This document shows positions 18,601 through 27,094 of a DNA stretch of 64,000 bases, one piece after another. The position numbers were made by a program, and so were the translations under genes. Source of the DNA: an uncultured Neisseria sp. (GTDB taxonomy: Bacteria; Pseudomonadota; Gammaproteobacteria; Burkholderiales; Neisseriaceae); NCBI GenBank assembly GCA_963456805.1, contig CAUOMQ010000001.1:3699-67698 (forward strand), in the 5' to 3' direction. Under the pieces are notes generated by a model. That model did not search any database. It saw nothing but the letters and a program-made list of their open reading frames with translations, and had not been told where the DNA came from. Each line of letters opens with the position of its first letter. Positions within the stretch are counted from its first letter, which is position 1.

Positions 18601-19148
18601 CCATCTTTCCCGAAGTATTCGGGCTTATGGCCAATGTTCTTGGTAATAGGGAAGTACCCGCCACGAGAGGTAATAAAGACATTCGATGGCAACTCATCAT
18701 ATAGCTTCTGAATAGCACGGGTGATTTCGAGCTTAACTGAAGCCACCTCGTTTTGCACTTTAGTTGAGGTATCACGATAATAGCCTGACATTACTTTATC
18801 GCGAATCTTCTCAGGCAAGGCATCCTCGACATAGACCTTCCCCTTTTCCAACGCGATTTTCACAGCAGATGCAACTTGAGCACTCTCAAATTGAGCCTGT
18901 GCGGCCAAAAGACGAGACGGCGTATCCGCACTGCCTAAAGCTTTCCCAACTTCTTCACTGACGGTTTTGGGAGTAATCAGATGAATTTCAGACTCTTTAC
19001 CGTTAAGTGACAAAATCCCTTTCTCATTTACTGTGGCAGATACAGTGACATCCCCCGCAAGTTTTTTTGCCTCTGCGGCATCACTTTTCGCCGCAGCAAC
19101 AGCTTTGGCCATACCGATCATTGCCTGGTCTAGTTTTGTTTTTGCCAT
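15615..19148 (-). CDS. Large tailspike/tail fibre with beta-helix (depolymerase-like) core and lectin-like C-terminus
   Basis: 1177 aa. It has a coiled-coil N-terminus and parallel beta-helix-type repeats (..NNVKIYNNSGKAMYYG.., ..IEIVGNTIMSGHIGIH.., ..ADNTVYAPRG..). It also has a duplicated ..ITGGG.GA..ATA.. domain and 3x PKTEGGEQ low-complexity repeats. It is AT-richer than the neighbouring genes. Confidence 0.7.
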   Translation of the reverse strand: MAKTKLDQAMIGMAKAVAAAKSDAAEAKKLAGDVTVSATVNEKGILSLNGKESEIHLITPKTVSEEVGKALGSADTPSRLLAAQAQFESAQVASAVKIALEKGKVYVEDALPEKIRDKVMSGYYRDTSTKVQNEVASVKLEITRAIQKLYDELPSNVFITSRGGYFPITKNIGHKPEYFGKDGRNLAVGGVTLPVNGQQPCIAFHHSIFNVFDFSQAEFSVQEMGLSAFHLCGKSEGNVILHGGKITTRAYELFGYKSGEADADKRWIPHIDGWTKEAPNVGTGMSLKGYPVAGANTASYAHDFARYMENSCDSSGVRQPDGYNLEKIKELFFLESKQIVNSAGGYFNENGESAFPQADGTTASTWGLWRGGQWWSRGYGWRIYDCRNTEIKNFHVTGFTGGAIAAGLHGSPAGEDIQPGDVEGALAKGCVAINTRITGGYYNHNYTCGVEAIRVIGYELTGIFAPDSVIGHPDANLEHVRGWNNSIISLDPGYQSCTSRYLPMDNIYIHANTFGLGKRKVIDIHTGNNVKIYNNSGKAMYYGISTVIEEIFASKDGRVGKIADPQSFYFQDSNIEIVGNTIMSGHIGIHPINGAPGVLFRRSKNMWWLRCRQLIADNTVYAPRGLISNYGHNHFIIERNQFTFALPFGQFFGMHQVSGIKVTDGGSGYTSEPEVKITGGGEGAFGATAQAKIKDGKVVEIIVRRDGSRYTEIPTVTITGGGGSGATATATINTQTYGMLIGAESKYGTMLATQVRENYVQNSPDGNYARQIVFGRMRASTIEGNHCDVTPFRSPEKAKLPVGNPFVSDSIVYRDGLLSSAFYNGDFDTCSVGDNFIHNQLIDTVHVWTGKTINSNVHKKYEPTSYAEVVMDEKVKALEAAVDKLKEQLKTTSATTSQTASPPKAEGGEQSSATTPAESPKTEGGEQAATTQPAQPPKTEEGGQPATPQPTTPSESATEEPAAKSATSITFTFDGLEATAAEAIGSNNVAKLKSVNNSERAGEPEGWAGAFGEDSGHKIMRSLVAGEGKGIRFIESDGLTSDGSTDSAIIIPFKQSAGGTAGSGFTAIVLKGRSVVSNGLISTNEETGFKLRYFEGTTINGKPISTTTVYPYDKWHVAVIPVLAGTDKAFDKIRIGMNHAGNVGRNVIVGAGIEFIQGDISKVEERVTALMSEYGIS

Positions 19149-19789
19149 TAGTTATTTCCTAAGAGTTTATTAATTTCATCAAAAGCATCATCTGACAAAT
19201 CGGCTGAGCTGCTCGGTGTCTCTGTTGATGGTTGTGCCGGAACAGGTTGCGCTGGTGCAGGTTGCGCTGGTGTAGGTTGAGCCGGTGCAGGCTGCGTTGG
19301 TGCAGGCTGCGTTGGTGCAGGTTGCGTTGGTGCAGGTTGCGCTGGTGTAGGTTGCGCTGGTGTAGGTTGCGCTGGTGTAGGTTGCGCTGGTGTGGGTTGT
19401 GTCGGTGCAGGTTGCGCTGGTGTAGGTTGAGCTGGTGCAGGGTTACTTGGTCGATTTGCTTCGAGTTTGGCAATAGCAGCAGAAACCGCAGCCGAGACAG
19501 CCTTATCTACCGCCGTATCCACGGCGGTATTGACCGCAGTTTCCAAATTAGCATCAACAACAACCTTGACTGCTTTGTCTAACTGCTTGTCTACTGCATC
19601 TTTAACTGCCTTACTAAGCTCCGATGGCTTGACTGCCAAACGTTCCAAGAATTCCTCATAAGAGGTATCCCTTGAGATGGTGCCTTTCTCAATTGCCTCT
19701 TCATAAAGGCTTTGCCTACCATCCAAGATGACGGGCATCGTATCGACACTGTCGCCGGTGACGGTAATACCGCCTTTGATTTCGGCCAT
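19148..19789 (-). CDS. Fibre-associated protein with a (PAQPT)n linker
   Basis: 213 aa. It overlaps the tailspike start by 1 nt (TAATG). It has a helical AV-rich N-terminus and about 70 residues of PAQPT/PTQPA pentapeptide repeats. Confidence 0.5.
   Translation of the reverse strand: MAEIKGGITVTGDSVDTMPVILDGRQSLYEEAIEKGTISRDTSYEEFLERLAVKPSELSKAVKDAVDKQLDKAVKVVVDANLETAVNTAVDTAVDKAVSAAVSAAIAKLEANRPSNPAPAQPTPAQPAPTQPTPAQPTPAQPTPAQPTPAQPAPTQPAPTQPAPTQPAPAQPTPAQPAPAQPVPAQPSTETPSSSADLSDDAFDEINKLLGNN
19229..19441. repeat. 15-nt tandem repeat array encoding the PAQPT/PTQPA pentapeptides
   Basis: GGTTGCGCTGGTGTA-type units are repeated back to back about 14 times, in frame. Confidence 0.85.
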
Positions 19790-19791
19790 TC

Positions 19792-20130
19792 TTAAGCTCC
19801 TAAATTATTCTCAAGGGTTAAATTCCCCTCATAAACCACTGAGCGGATGCCCTTAACTTCAACCTGCACGACATATCGCGCCCAACGCCATGTCCAAGCC
19901 GCCGTCTGCTCGGCTGTTAAAACCGTGCCGACGCCGCCGTCTGAATTGATTGTATTGGGCTTGACGGTCAATGGGACTTTGACTGCATCCCCGCTGGTTG
20001 GTGTGATGACCAATGTCGCCGAATCCAAATGTTTAAGAGATGGATGTACATAACCTTTCCGATCCACAATGACGAAGGTTATCGGCATAGTTGTGCCGCG
20101 CTTCACTGAAAAATCAACGCGGGCAGTCAT
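19792..20130 (-). CDS. Hypothetical tail/fibre-module protein (112 aa)
   Basis: I start it at ATG 20130 (MTARVDFSVKRG..), which overlaps the upstream stop as ATGA. The longer track ORF (to 20502) is an Arg-rich out-of-context extension. Confidence 0.5.
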   Translation of the reverse strand: MTARVDFSVKRGTTMPITFVIVDRKGYVHPSLKHLDSATLVITPTSGDAVKVPLTVKPNTINSDGGVGTVLTAEQTAAWTWRWARYVVQVEVKGIRSVVYEGNLTLENNLGA

Positions 20131-20387
20131 TTCAACCCATCCGGCAAATGCGCGCGTTGCTTTTCGCGCAGGTAGGCCGCGCGGCAATGGTCTTCCTGCC
20201 AAAAAAACAGTGTATTTATTACGCGATACGCCATTCGGGCAACGCGGGTCGGCTGTGCCGCCAACACTGCACCTCGGTAGACACGGCTGCTGACGGTTTC
20301 GTCCGGACTGCCTGCAATCATGGCGTTTACGAGCTGGTCGGCAGCGATGGCGATATTTCTCATATAGTTTTTGATACTTTGTTTCAT
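20127..20387 (-). CDS. Hypothetical protein (86 aa)
   Basis: The ORF is tightly packed between the fibre-assembly gene and the next gene. I recognise no motif. Confidence 0.45.
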   Translation of the reverse strand: MKQSIKNYMRNIAIAADQLVNAMIAGSPDETVSSRVYRGAVLAAQPTRVARMAYRVINTLFFWQEDHCRAAYLREKQRAHLPDGLK

Positions 20388-20399
20388 GAACAGACGACC

Positions 20400-21140
20400 T
20401 TAAAAGCTGATTTCGGTATTGATAGTGTTTAATTCGTCTAGGGTTTTTGCGGCTTCGATTTGTTTCTCGATTGCCTGCCTTTTGCCTGCGACGGTGGCGC
20501 AAAGGGATTCATAGGCCAGGGTTTTTTTGAGGGCAGCCGCTTTGAGTTTGTCAGGACTGATGCCTCTTGCTTGGGCAATTTGGTCAAGGACAGGAGTTTG
20601 AGTGGAATTGTCCGCCTGCCATGCGCGTGCTTCAGATGCTTGTACTGGCCAGCTCTGCACTTCAAAGGCAGGGAGGTCATCCATGCCGCTTTGTTCATTG
20701 ACGATGGCTTGGGCACGTTGATTGAGGCGAGACAGGGCGATGACTTTTGTGGTGGCGAGTTTAGTCTCTTCTGCTTTTGTTTTTTTGATTTGATTTTCCG
20801 TCCATTTTTTTCCGTCCCATTCGCAATATTCTGAAGGCGGGGCAATCATGGTCAGATCGTCTGAAAGGCTGCCGATTTGGTCGATGGTAACGGCTGTACC
20901 ATCAGTTTTTCGGTAGGCAGTTTTGCCGCGATGGTCTTCGATGACGTCCCAGCCTTCGCCGTTCCAGCGGGCGGCTTTGTCTGCGCTGATTTGAGGCGGG
21001 TCGGTGTCGATGCAACCGGCGGGAATCAGATAGCTGCCGTCGCGCGCCATAATGTCGAGATCGGCAGCCACCTGTCCGATATAAAGATTTTCGTCATCAA
21101 GTTGACAGACGGGTTTTGTCCATTGGATGTTTTGGGTCAT
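20400..21140 (-). CDS. Tail fibre assembly chaperone
   Basis: Start placed at ATG 21140 (MTQNIQWTKP..). It lies directly downstream of the collar-domain fibre gene, and the N-terminal region resembles Caudovirales tail fibre assembly proteins. Confidence 0.65.
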   Translation of the reverse strand: MTQNIQWTKPVCQLDDENLYIGQVAADLDIMARDGSYLIPAGCIDTDPPQISADKAARWNGEGWDVIEDHRGKTAYRKTDGTAVTIDQIGSLSDDLTMIAPPSEYCEWDGKKWTENQIKKTKAEETKLATTKVIALSRLNQRAQAIVNEQSGMDDLPAFEVQSWPVQASEARAWQADNSTQTPVLDQIAQARGISPDKLKAAALKKTLAYESLCATVAGKRQAIEKQIEAAKTLDELNTINTEISF

Positions 21141-21172
21141 TTTTTTTACCTTTCTAAACGGTTTAAGGCGGC

Positions 21173-22135
21173 TTATGCCTTGATGCATGCCAGCAGGGCG
21201 ATATTTCTAGGGCGGGTTTCAATGCCGCCAGCCGGGTCGGTTTGGCCGACAGTGTCAATCGATACGGTTGACGTATTGCTACCCCTGTCGGTGTCGGACA
21301 TGCTTTTGACACCGATGCCGTGGCTGTGACTTCGGAATTCATCTGCCTGCCATGAGCCTATGACACGTCCGTTGTCGACAGTTCGCCCGTCATCCCAACT
21401 CCTGATAAATTCACCGCGCAAATCCGGGAGATTAAAGGTAGTTCGTCCGTCGCCTGCGCCATAAGTGGTGCCGATGAGGGCGAATAAGTTGGCATAGACG
21501 GTGCGCGACACTGCCGCGCCGTTTGCTTTTAGCCAGCCAAAGGGGACGGTGGTATGGGCAAAATAGGCGATTGCACCTGTCGGGACGCCGACGTTAAAGG
21601 TTTGGGTGTCTACTTTGGCGACCAGTCCGGGCGTGTCCCAGCCGATAGCAATCTGATGCGCCGCTCCGCCCAGCCCGATTGCGCCTCCGCGCTTGATTGA
21701 GTTGTCAAACGCCTTATTGAGCGCAAACGATGACGGGACGGTTGCAACCGTGTAGTCATCAGGGTTGTGGCTTACTTTGCGGGCGGTAATAATGTCTGAC
21801 CCGTCATACTGGAGCGTGCCATCATTCTTAAGCTGTATGCCCTTGTTTGTCTTTTTATTGCGGATGTAGCCGCCAGCGGCATCAGCGCCGATGTGAAGAT
21901 AATTACCGGCATCAAACAATGCCTTGCTGTCGGATACGGTGATGCTTTTGTAAAAATTGGGGTCGTCCATGCGGGCTTTTACCCTGCCCAGCTCGTCATA
22001 AAGCCAGCGTGTACGGTTTGCCAGCTCCCGTGTCGGGCGGTTGTCGATACCGTTAGGGCCGCCCTGCACAGGGTCGGAGGTCTCCCATTGGTAAATGCCC
22101 GCCTCCCAGCGGCTTATCTCGCTTAAATTTGCCAT
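21173..22135 (-). CDS. Tail fibre protein with phage tail-collar domain
   Basis: 320 aa with ..FNLPDLRGEFIRSWDDGR.. and a C-terminal ..ETRPRNIALLACIKA, both typical of collar-domain fibres. Confidence 0.8.
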   Translation of the reverse strand: MANLSEISRWEAGIYQWETSDPVQGGPNGIDNRPTRELANRTRWLYDELGRVKARMDDPNFYKSITVSDSKALFDAGNYLHIGADAAGGYIRNKKTNKGIQLKNDGTLQYDGSDIITARKVSHNPDDYTVATVPSSFALNKAFDNSIKRGGAIGLGGAAHQIAIGWDTPGLVAKVDTQTFNVGVPTGAIAYFAHTTVPFGWLKANGAAVSRTVYANLFALIGTTYGAGDGRTTFNLPDLRGEFIRSWDDGRTVDNGRVIGSWQADEFRSHSHGIGVKSMSDTDRGSNTSTVSIDTVGQTDPAGGIETRPRNIALLACIKA

Positions 22136-22714
22136 CTATGCTGTCCCTCGATTAAACGTGCCGTCCCTTAATGCTTGTCCGTTGTGCCTCAAGGAGACGT
22201 GTTGGTAATCCAATGCCGCCAAAACACATCGGGCAGGTGCAAACGCCCGCAATGTGCGCCTCAGCAAGGCTGCCTGATCGTTGGTGATGGTATTGGTCAT
22301 AATGATGCGGTAATGCGCCCAACGGTCTGTATGACCGTGTGTATAACTACCGTCACGGTGGATTTCGCCGTTGTGCAGCTTATTGCTTAAGCCCTCGACG
22401 ATCTCGACCTCGCCGAACCCGAGACGGCGCACAATCTCGCGTATTGCCCAGGGTGTGCCTTTGTACCTGTGGAGCTGGTAGGCACCCTTGATGAGTTTGC
22501 GGCGGGTTTCGTCGCTCTCGGCAAGCCAATAGCCGTCCTCGCCCAATATGCTTCGACTCTCCGCCAACAGTTCCAAGTGTTCGGGCGCGACCAGCTCAGT
22601 CAAACGCGGCATCAGCTTGACCGCGTCAATGTCGCTCATCCTTAAGCCCAAATCGGCCAACATCCGATAACGTTGATCGCGTTCGATAACGGAGGCATAA
22701 CTCAGTGTTGCCAT
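22136..22714 (-). CDS. Baseplate/tail protein (P2 gpI / Mu gp48-like)
   Basis: Start placed at ATG 22714 (MATLSYASV..), 5 nt after the gpJ-like stop. Position and size fit gpI. Confidence 0.7.
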   Translation of the reverse strand: MATLSYASVIERDQRYRMLADLGLRMSDIDAVKLMPRLTELVAPEHLELLAESRSILGEDGYWLAESDETRRKLIKGAYQLHRYKGTPWAIREIVRRLGFGEVEIVEGLSNKLHNGEIHRDGSYTHGHTDRWAHYRIIMTNTITNDQAALLRRTLRAFAPARCVLAALDYQHVSLRHNGQALRDGTFNRGTA

Positions 22715-22719
22715 TGTTG

Positions 22720-23853
22720 CTACCCCTCTGCCGTTTCGGACGATGCCCGGATATTGACGGACGTACATCTTGCCCATTGGTCGGGCGTGACGACGGTTAG
22801 GGTCGGCTTTTTAAGGACTACGTTATAAACGCCAGCGACTTTTAAAACTGTTTGGATGTCTAAAGGCACAATATCCATGCCAAGTTTTTCACTTCGCGTT
22901 ACTTCATACTCCGCCCATGCTTGTTTTGCTGCCGCCAAAACCTCGGCAGCATTAACCCCGGTATACAAAACCAGCTCTGCGTCCAGCGTATAGTCGATTG
23001 CTGCCGGAGCAGTTACGGTTACCGTGTCGCAAAGCGGACGGACGCGTTCTCCGGACAAAAACCTTTGCACCTCGCTCACCAACTCCGAAGACGGCAACCC
23101 GTTTTTGGTTAATAGCGTTACCCTTACTTGCCCCCCTATCGGGAGGCCGTCCGACCCCGTTAAATTGCCCACATGTACGTCGCAAATAGCAGGGCTGACA
23201 CGGCGGGCAAAATACTCATAAGCCCCGACAGGGCCTGCAACGCTAAAGCTTTCGGGGGCAAGCAGGATGCGTTGGCGGTATGCCTCATCAGATTCTTCCG
23301 CCGCGCCGCCCGTCGGCACAGTAGTGTTGATGGCTGTAACGCCGTCAATCGGATTGACAAGCGTATTAACCTGCCCAGCGGCAAAACCATTACCCGACAC
23401 GCCGGTTTGGATGCAGACAGCCTCCAAATCTAAAGTACGGATTGACGGCGAGAGCGTGCCGGATGCAACCGTCCAAAACACGGTCGCCCCGGCGGCCACT
23501 TGAGTGCCTTGTGCAATCAAAACAGGCTCCGCTTTGGAGGTAGTCAACGTAAAACGGATGGTGCATCTGGCGGCGGAGGCTTCAAGCCGCGGGGTGTTGA
23601 CATCATCGCCGCATAAATCCAACATCAACCCCGTTGCAAAACGCGGGTGCTGTTGGCGATAAGCTTCATTGAATGCTTTTCTCGCCAAAGTCTCGCGATA
23701 AGCGTAGGTATTGATGAGCAGCCGCTCGATGTGGGCGGGTTGCAGAGTTTTACCACTGCGGTTCTCATAGTCGGCAATGGTTTGTGCCAGCACTTCAGCG
23801 AGATCGTCTGGAACCACCTTAACCTCTTCCCGCTTAAGTTTGCTCAAATCCAT
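22720..23853 (-). CDS. Baseplate J-like protein (Mu gp47 / P2 gpJ)
   Basis: 377 aa in the conserved position between the gpW-like and gpI-like genes. Confidence 0.82.
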   Translation of the reverse strand: MDLSKLKREEVKVVPDDLAEVLAQTIADYENRSGKTLQPAHIERLLINTYAYRETLARKAFNEAYRQQHPRFATGLMLDLCGDDVNTPRLEASAARCTIRFTLTTSKAEPVLIAQGTQVAAGATVFWTVASGTLSPSIRTLDLEAVCIQTGVSGNGFAAGQVNTLVNPIDGVTAINTTVPTGGAAEESDEAYRQRILLAPESFSVAGPVGAYEYFARRVSPAICDVHVGNLTGSDGLPIGGQVRVTLLTKNGLPSSELVSEVQRFLSGERVRPLCDTVTVTAPAAIDYTLDAELVLYTGVNAAEVLAAAKQAWAEYEVTRSEKLGMDIVPLDIQTVLKVAGVYNVVLKKPTLTVVTPDQWARCTSVNIRASSETAEG

Positions 23854-24221
23854 ACTGCCTGCTCCAAGATAATGTCTGTCGTATAAATCTCGCCCGCCAC
23901 CTCATCTGAGACGCGCCAGTAAACCGTCATCGTCAGATGCGGCGCAGCGCCGCCGAAAATAATGTCTTCGACCACCACCCGCTTCTCCCACGTCTGTATT
24001 GCCAACATGGTCGAACGCACGATATTGGGGACAAACACATCTTCGGGGGTGTCCAGCCATTTGTAATGGTCGGAACCGAAATCAGGACGGGTAACGTCCG
24101 CGCCTTTGCGGGTGGACAGGATATTGCGGATACATTGGTCGATGTCGTCCGCACCCTGAACCACGCCCGAACCTTCAGGTGCGAGCTGCCAGTGTTTAGA
24201 GATAGGCGCGGCGTAAAACAT
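23844..24221 (-). CDS. Baseplate protein gpW/gp25-like (Mu gp46)
   Basis: The ..IRNILSTRKGADVTRPDFGS.. motif is typical of the GPW/gp25 family. ATG 24221 is used, because the track start 24224 is TTG. Confidence 0.8.
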   Translation of the reverse strand: MFYAAPISKHWQLAPEGSGVVQGADDIDQCIRNILSTRKGADVTRPDFGSDHYKWLDTPEDVFVPNIVRSTMLAIQTWEKRVVVEDIIFGGAAPHLTMTVYWRVSDEVAGEIYTTDIILEQAVWI

Positions 24222-24227
24222 CAAAAA

Positions 24228-24300
24228 ATCCCTGTATCGCTTATAGATACAGGGATTGTAGAGAAGGCCGTCTGAAACGCCTTTTAATGCGGTTTAATGA
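24228..24300 (-). promoter_or_regulatory. Late-leader module copy (TTAAAAG + DUS + hairpin + T6) abutting the gpW-like start
   Basis: Sense strand: ATTAAAAGGCGTTTCAGACGGCCTTC-TCTACA-ATCCCTGTATC/TATAAGC/GATACAGGGAT-TTTTTG-ATG. Confidence 0.6.
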
Positions 24301-24905
24301 TTTTTCGGCTCGCCGGTTTGGCCGCCTGAATCGCCGTCATGGATGTGCTTGCCGATGTCGATGCCGTTGACGATGAGGTCGCCGGTGATGTTGACTGTAC
24401 CTTTGATATTTGCCGCGTCGCCGCCGCCGTCATTACTGGCCGTCAAACCTGCGGTATAAGTCAACATCCCTTTTACTGTCGCATTGCCCGTGATTTCGGT
24501 CTCCGGCGATTGGATGTCTACTTTTTTCGCCGCTTTGATTCGGACTTTACCCGGCGTCTCAACGACTACTTCGCCGCTACTGCGGTCGTGCGAGATGACC
24601 GTGCCGTTGGTAAACCGTTTGACCCATTTGTTTTGGTCGGATACCGGCGGTTTATCTGAGGCATTGTAAATCGCGCCGATAACGCAACCGGTCTCACCCC
24701 GCGCATCCAGCAGGCAGACAACCAGTTCGCCCACATCGGGGAGGCTGTAAAAACGGTTGCCGCCCGCCGCTGGTGTCGCCATAGGCAGCCAGTCGGTTAC
24801 CATGTCGTCGAGTACGGGAATTTTTACTCGCAAACTGTGCGCCGCCGCATCAATCGCCGATACAATGCCAAATTGCATCGTTGCTGTAAAATCATGGGTT
24901 TTCAT
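24294..24905 (-). CDS. Baseplate spike/assembly protein V-like (Mu gp45)
   Basis: Start placed at ATG 24905 (MKTHDFTATMQFG.., SD GAGGAG). It has an OB-fold-like N-terminus and a Gly-rich C-terminus typical of gpV. Confidence 0.78.
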   Translation of the reverse strand: MKTHDFTATMQFGIVSAIDAAAHSLRVKIPVLDDMVTDWLPMATPAAGGNRFYSLPDVGELVVCLLDARGETGCVIGAIYNASDKPPVSDQNKWVKRFTNGTVISHDRSSGEVVVETPGKVRIKAAKKVDIQSPETEITGNATVKGMLTYTAGLTASNDGGGDAANIKGTVNITGDLIVNGIDIGKHIHDGDSGGQTGEPKNH

Positions 24906-25992
24906 TGTTTTTCTCCTCGTCTGCGACATACTCCGTCATTTTTATCTCCAATTCGGTCGTCCATCCGCCGTGGCGCGTGAAATCATGTCTTGATTGCTTG
25001 ACCAGATATTTACCCGAAAACTTGCCGAATCCTTTAAGCTGTACCATTTGACCTGCCACCAACAGCGCATTGCCAACTAGTGTAACGTTACCCGCACATT
25101 GGTCGTCCTGCGCATCTGCCAATTTGGCATCTGCCCTGGCGTTTAATTGCGCAGCGCTCTCCCCCTTATTCGGCACGATACGCAATGTATCGCCCGTGCT
25201 GCCGTGTTTGGCTTTGCCGCGTCTTGATTTGCTGCTGCGGCTCGCCGACACGGTCTGTTTGGATTTCGGGTCGTAGCCTTTGACATCTACTTTAGACGGA
25301 ACCCCTTTAATCAAATCGCGCAGGCGGATACGGATGATGTCCTCGGGCAGCAATACGGCAACGGCAGGACGCTGTTTTAGCTCGGCATTATCGGCAAATA
25401 CCAGTTTGTTGCTGACGATTTTAAAGCTGTGGCCGTACTCCTGCGCCAAACGTGCCAAAAACTCAATATCACGCTCTTGGTACTGCGTAACCCGTTTGAT
25501 GGGGATATTTTTGACCGTACCCGTTACCTCCAGCTTCAAACGGCCTGCCACCTGACGGACAATGGCGGCCAAAGTCGTATTTTCATACGCCTTACCGCGC
25601 AAAGTGCGGCTGGACTTGGTAATCCCGGTCGATAAGGCCTTCAGGCTGACAGTCGACGGCGGATGGTTGTACTCAATCTCGGCAATCTCAAATTTGCCAA
25701 AAGACAACAGCCCGGTAAATTGGTCGCCCAGGCTCAAAGACAAAGCATCGCCCTGTTCGGGATACCAATTACGCAGCCAGCGTCCGTCCGCATCCTCAAA
25801 CTCAACCTGCAATTCGTCCGACTGCCCCTCAAGGTAATCGGTATAACTGAACGAAATCAGATAAGGCGCGACATCTGCCGTTATATCCTTGTCTTCGTAA
25901 GACAGGACAAAATCGGGCATGGTAACCGGATGAGTGCCGCCGCCACCGTCAAGGCCTTTTGATTTTAAAAACGCACCTAACGCATCCACCAC
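24892..25992 (-). CDS. Late control D-like tail protein (P2 gpD / Mu P-like)
   Basis: 366 aa in the canonical position after the gpU/gpX-like genes. Confidence 0.82.
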   Translation of the reverse strand: MVDALGAFLKSKGLDGGGGTHPVTMPDFVLSYEDKDITADVAPYLISFSYTDYLEGQSDELQVEFEDADGRWLRNWYPEQGDALSLSLGDQFTGLLSFGKFEIAEIEYNHPPSTVSLKALSTGITKSSRTLRGKAYENTTLAAIVRQVAGRLKLEVTGTVKNIPIKRVTQYQERDIEFLARLAQEYGHSFKIVSNKLVFADNAELKQRPAVAVLLPEDIIRIRLRDLIKGVPSKVDVKGYDPKSKQTVSASRSSKSRRGKAKHGSTGDTLRIVPNKGESAAQLNARADAKLADAQDDQCAGNVTLVGNALLVAGQMVQLKGFGKFSGKYLVKQSRHDFTRHGGWTTELEIKMTEYVADEEKNNENP

Positions 25993-26198
25993 GGTAGCTC
26001 CTCTTGGTTGTTCTTCGGTTTCGTTTCCAAAACAGGGACAAAGACCGTCAGACCGCCTGCGAACTCCTCCGCCAACGGCAAGTGAGGATTGGCCGCAATC
26101 AGGCCGTCAATCAACAGCGCATTGCCGTAATGTTTGTGCGCAATCAAATCCCAGCGGTCGCCGTCTTGAGTGGTGTAGCGTATTACCACACTCATCAT
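25977..26198 (-). CDS. Tail protein X-like (LysM-type)
   Basis: 73 aa. The ..DGDRWDLIAHKHYG.. motif is typical of P2 gpX. Confidence 0.75.
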   Translation of the reverse strand: MMSVVIRYTTQDGDRWDLIAHKHYGNALLIDGLIAANPHLPLAEEFAGGLTVFVPVLETKPKNNQEELPWWMR

Positions 26199-27094
26199 TT
26201 ATCCTTTCTTGCCGCCAGCCAGCCGGTCAAAGCCTGGGCAGCGGCAGAGCCGTTTGCCATCGCATCAGATGCCTCGGCAACACCGTCCCCGACGGCAGTC
26301 AGCCAGCCGCCGATGGAACCGCTCTCATACCCGGCACGCAATGCACCGACGGCACCGCCCAGCCTGTTGGCCGCTTGCCCTGCCTGTAATGCAAACTCAG
26401 TCGCGCCTTTAAGGTCTCCGAAAATCGCCGTTACTTCGGGCAAGGTATTGAGCCGTCCTAAAGTGCTGCCGCCGATATTGAGTGCGTCCCCCAACAGGTT
26501 TAATGCCCCTGACGGGTCGTTTTTCAGATTTTTGGCAGCCTGTATCAGATTCTGCATATCGCTGATGCCCGCTTCGGCGGCGCGGTAAATTTTCACACCT
26601 TTTTCCACCGCCGAAATCAATTTGCCCGCTTTTGCCTGCACGCTCTCCGGCAATAAGGACAGCAGCGGATTTTGCCCGCCCGACTTGACTGCCGGGGTCG
26701 GGAGCGGGTTATTCGGGTCGCCGACAAACTGGGTCAGCTCCACATCCAATTCACGCGCCGCCGTCCGGCCTTGCGCGTCCTGAATCAACGTGCGCTCCGT
26801 CAGCCGCTCAAGTACAAACCATCCGACAAAACGACCGCTGCCGTAAACCAAAGACACCGCCTGCTGCGCTTCCAAAGCCGACAGCAGCCCCTTATAAGCT
26901 GTATCGGGATTACCCAGCCGCCAATGCAGCTTGAGCGAAAAACGCAGCGTCGTCAGTTCGTTTTGCAAGGCCTGCAGGCGTGGACGGCCTTTCAATACCT
27001 CATGCCTGGCAAAGTTTGCCGAATGTTCCGCCTCAAGCGATGTAAAGCTGTTTAAAAGCTCAAAGCGTACCTCGCCCAACATCGCATACATCAA
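26195..27094 (-). CDS. Tail protein, P2 gpU / Mu N (DNA circularisation) N-terminal type
   Basis: 299 aa beginning MMYAMLGEVRFELL.., like the gpU family. It lies directly after the tape measure gene. Confidence 0.7.
   Translation of the reverse strand: MMYAMLGEVRFELLNSFTSLEAEHSANFARHEVLKGRPRLQALQNELTTLRFSLKLHWRLGNPDTAYKGLLSALEAQQAVSLVYGSGRFVGWFVLERLTERTLIQDAQGRTAARELDVELTQFVGDPNNPLPTPAVKSGGQNPLLSLLPESVQAKAGKLISAVEKGVKIYRAAEAGISDMQNLIQAAKNLKNDPSGALNLLGDALNIGGSTLGRLNTLPEVTAIFGDLKGATEFALQAGQAANRLGGAVGALRAGYESGSIGGWLTAVGDGVAEASDAMANGSAAAQALTGWLAARKDK

Noticed and set aside
19159-19582. ORFs 19159-19473 (-) and 19232-19582 (+) with repetitive HQRNL / RLRWC products
   Set aside because: They are alternative-frame translations of the 15-nt tandem repeat inside the PAQPT-linker gene.
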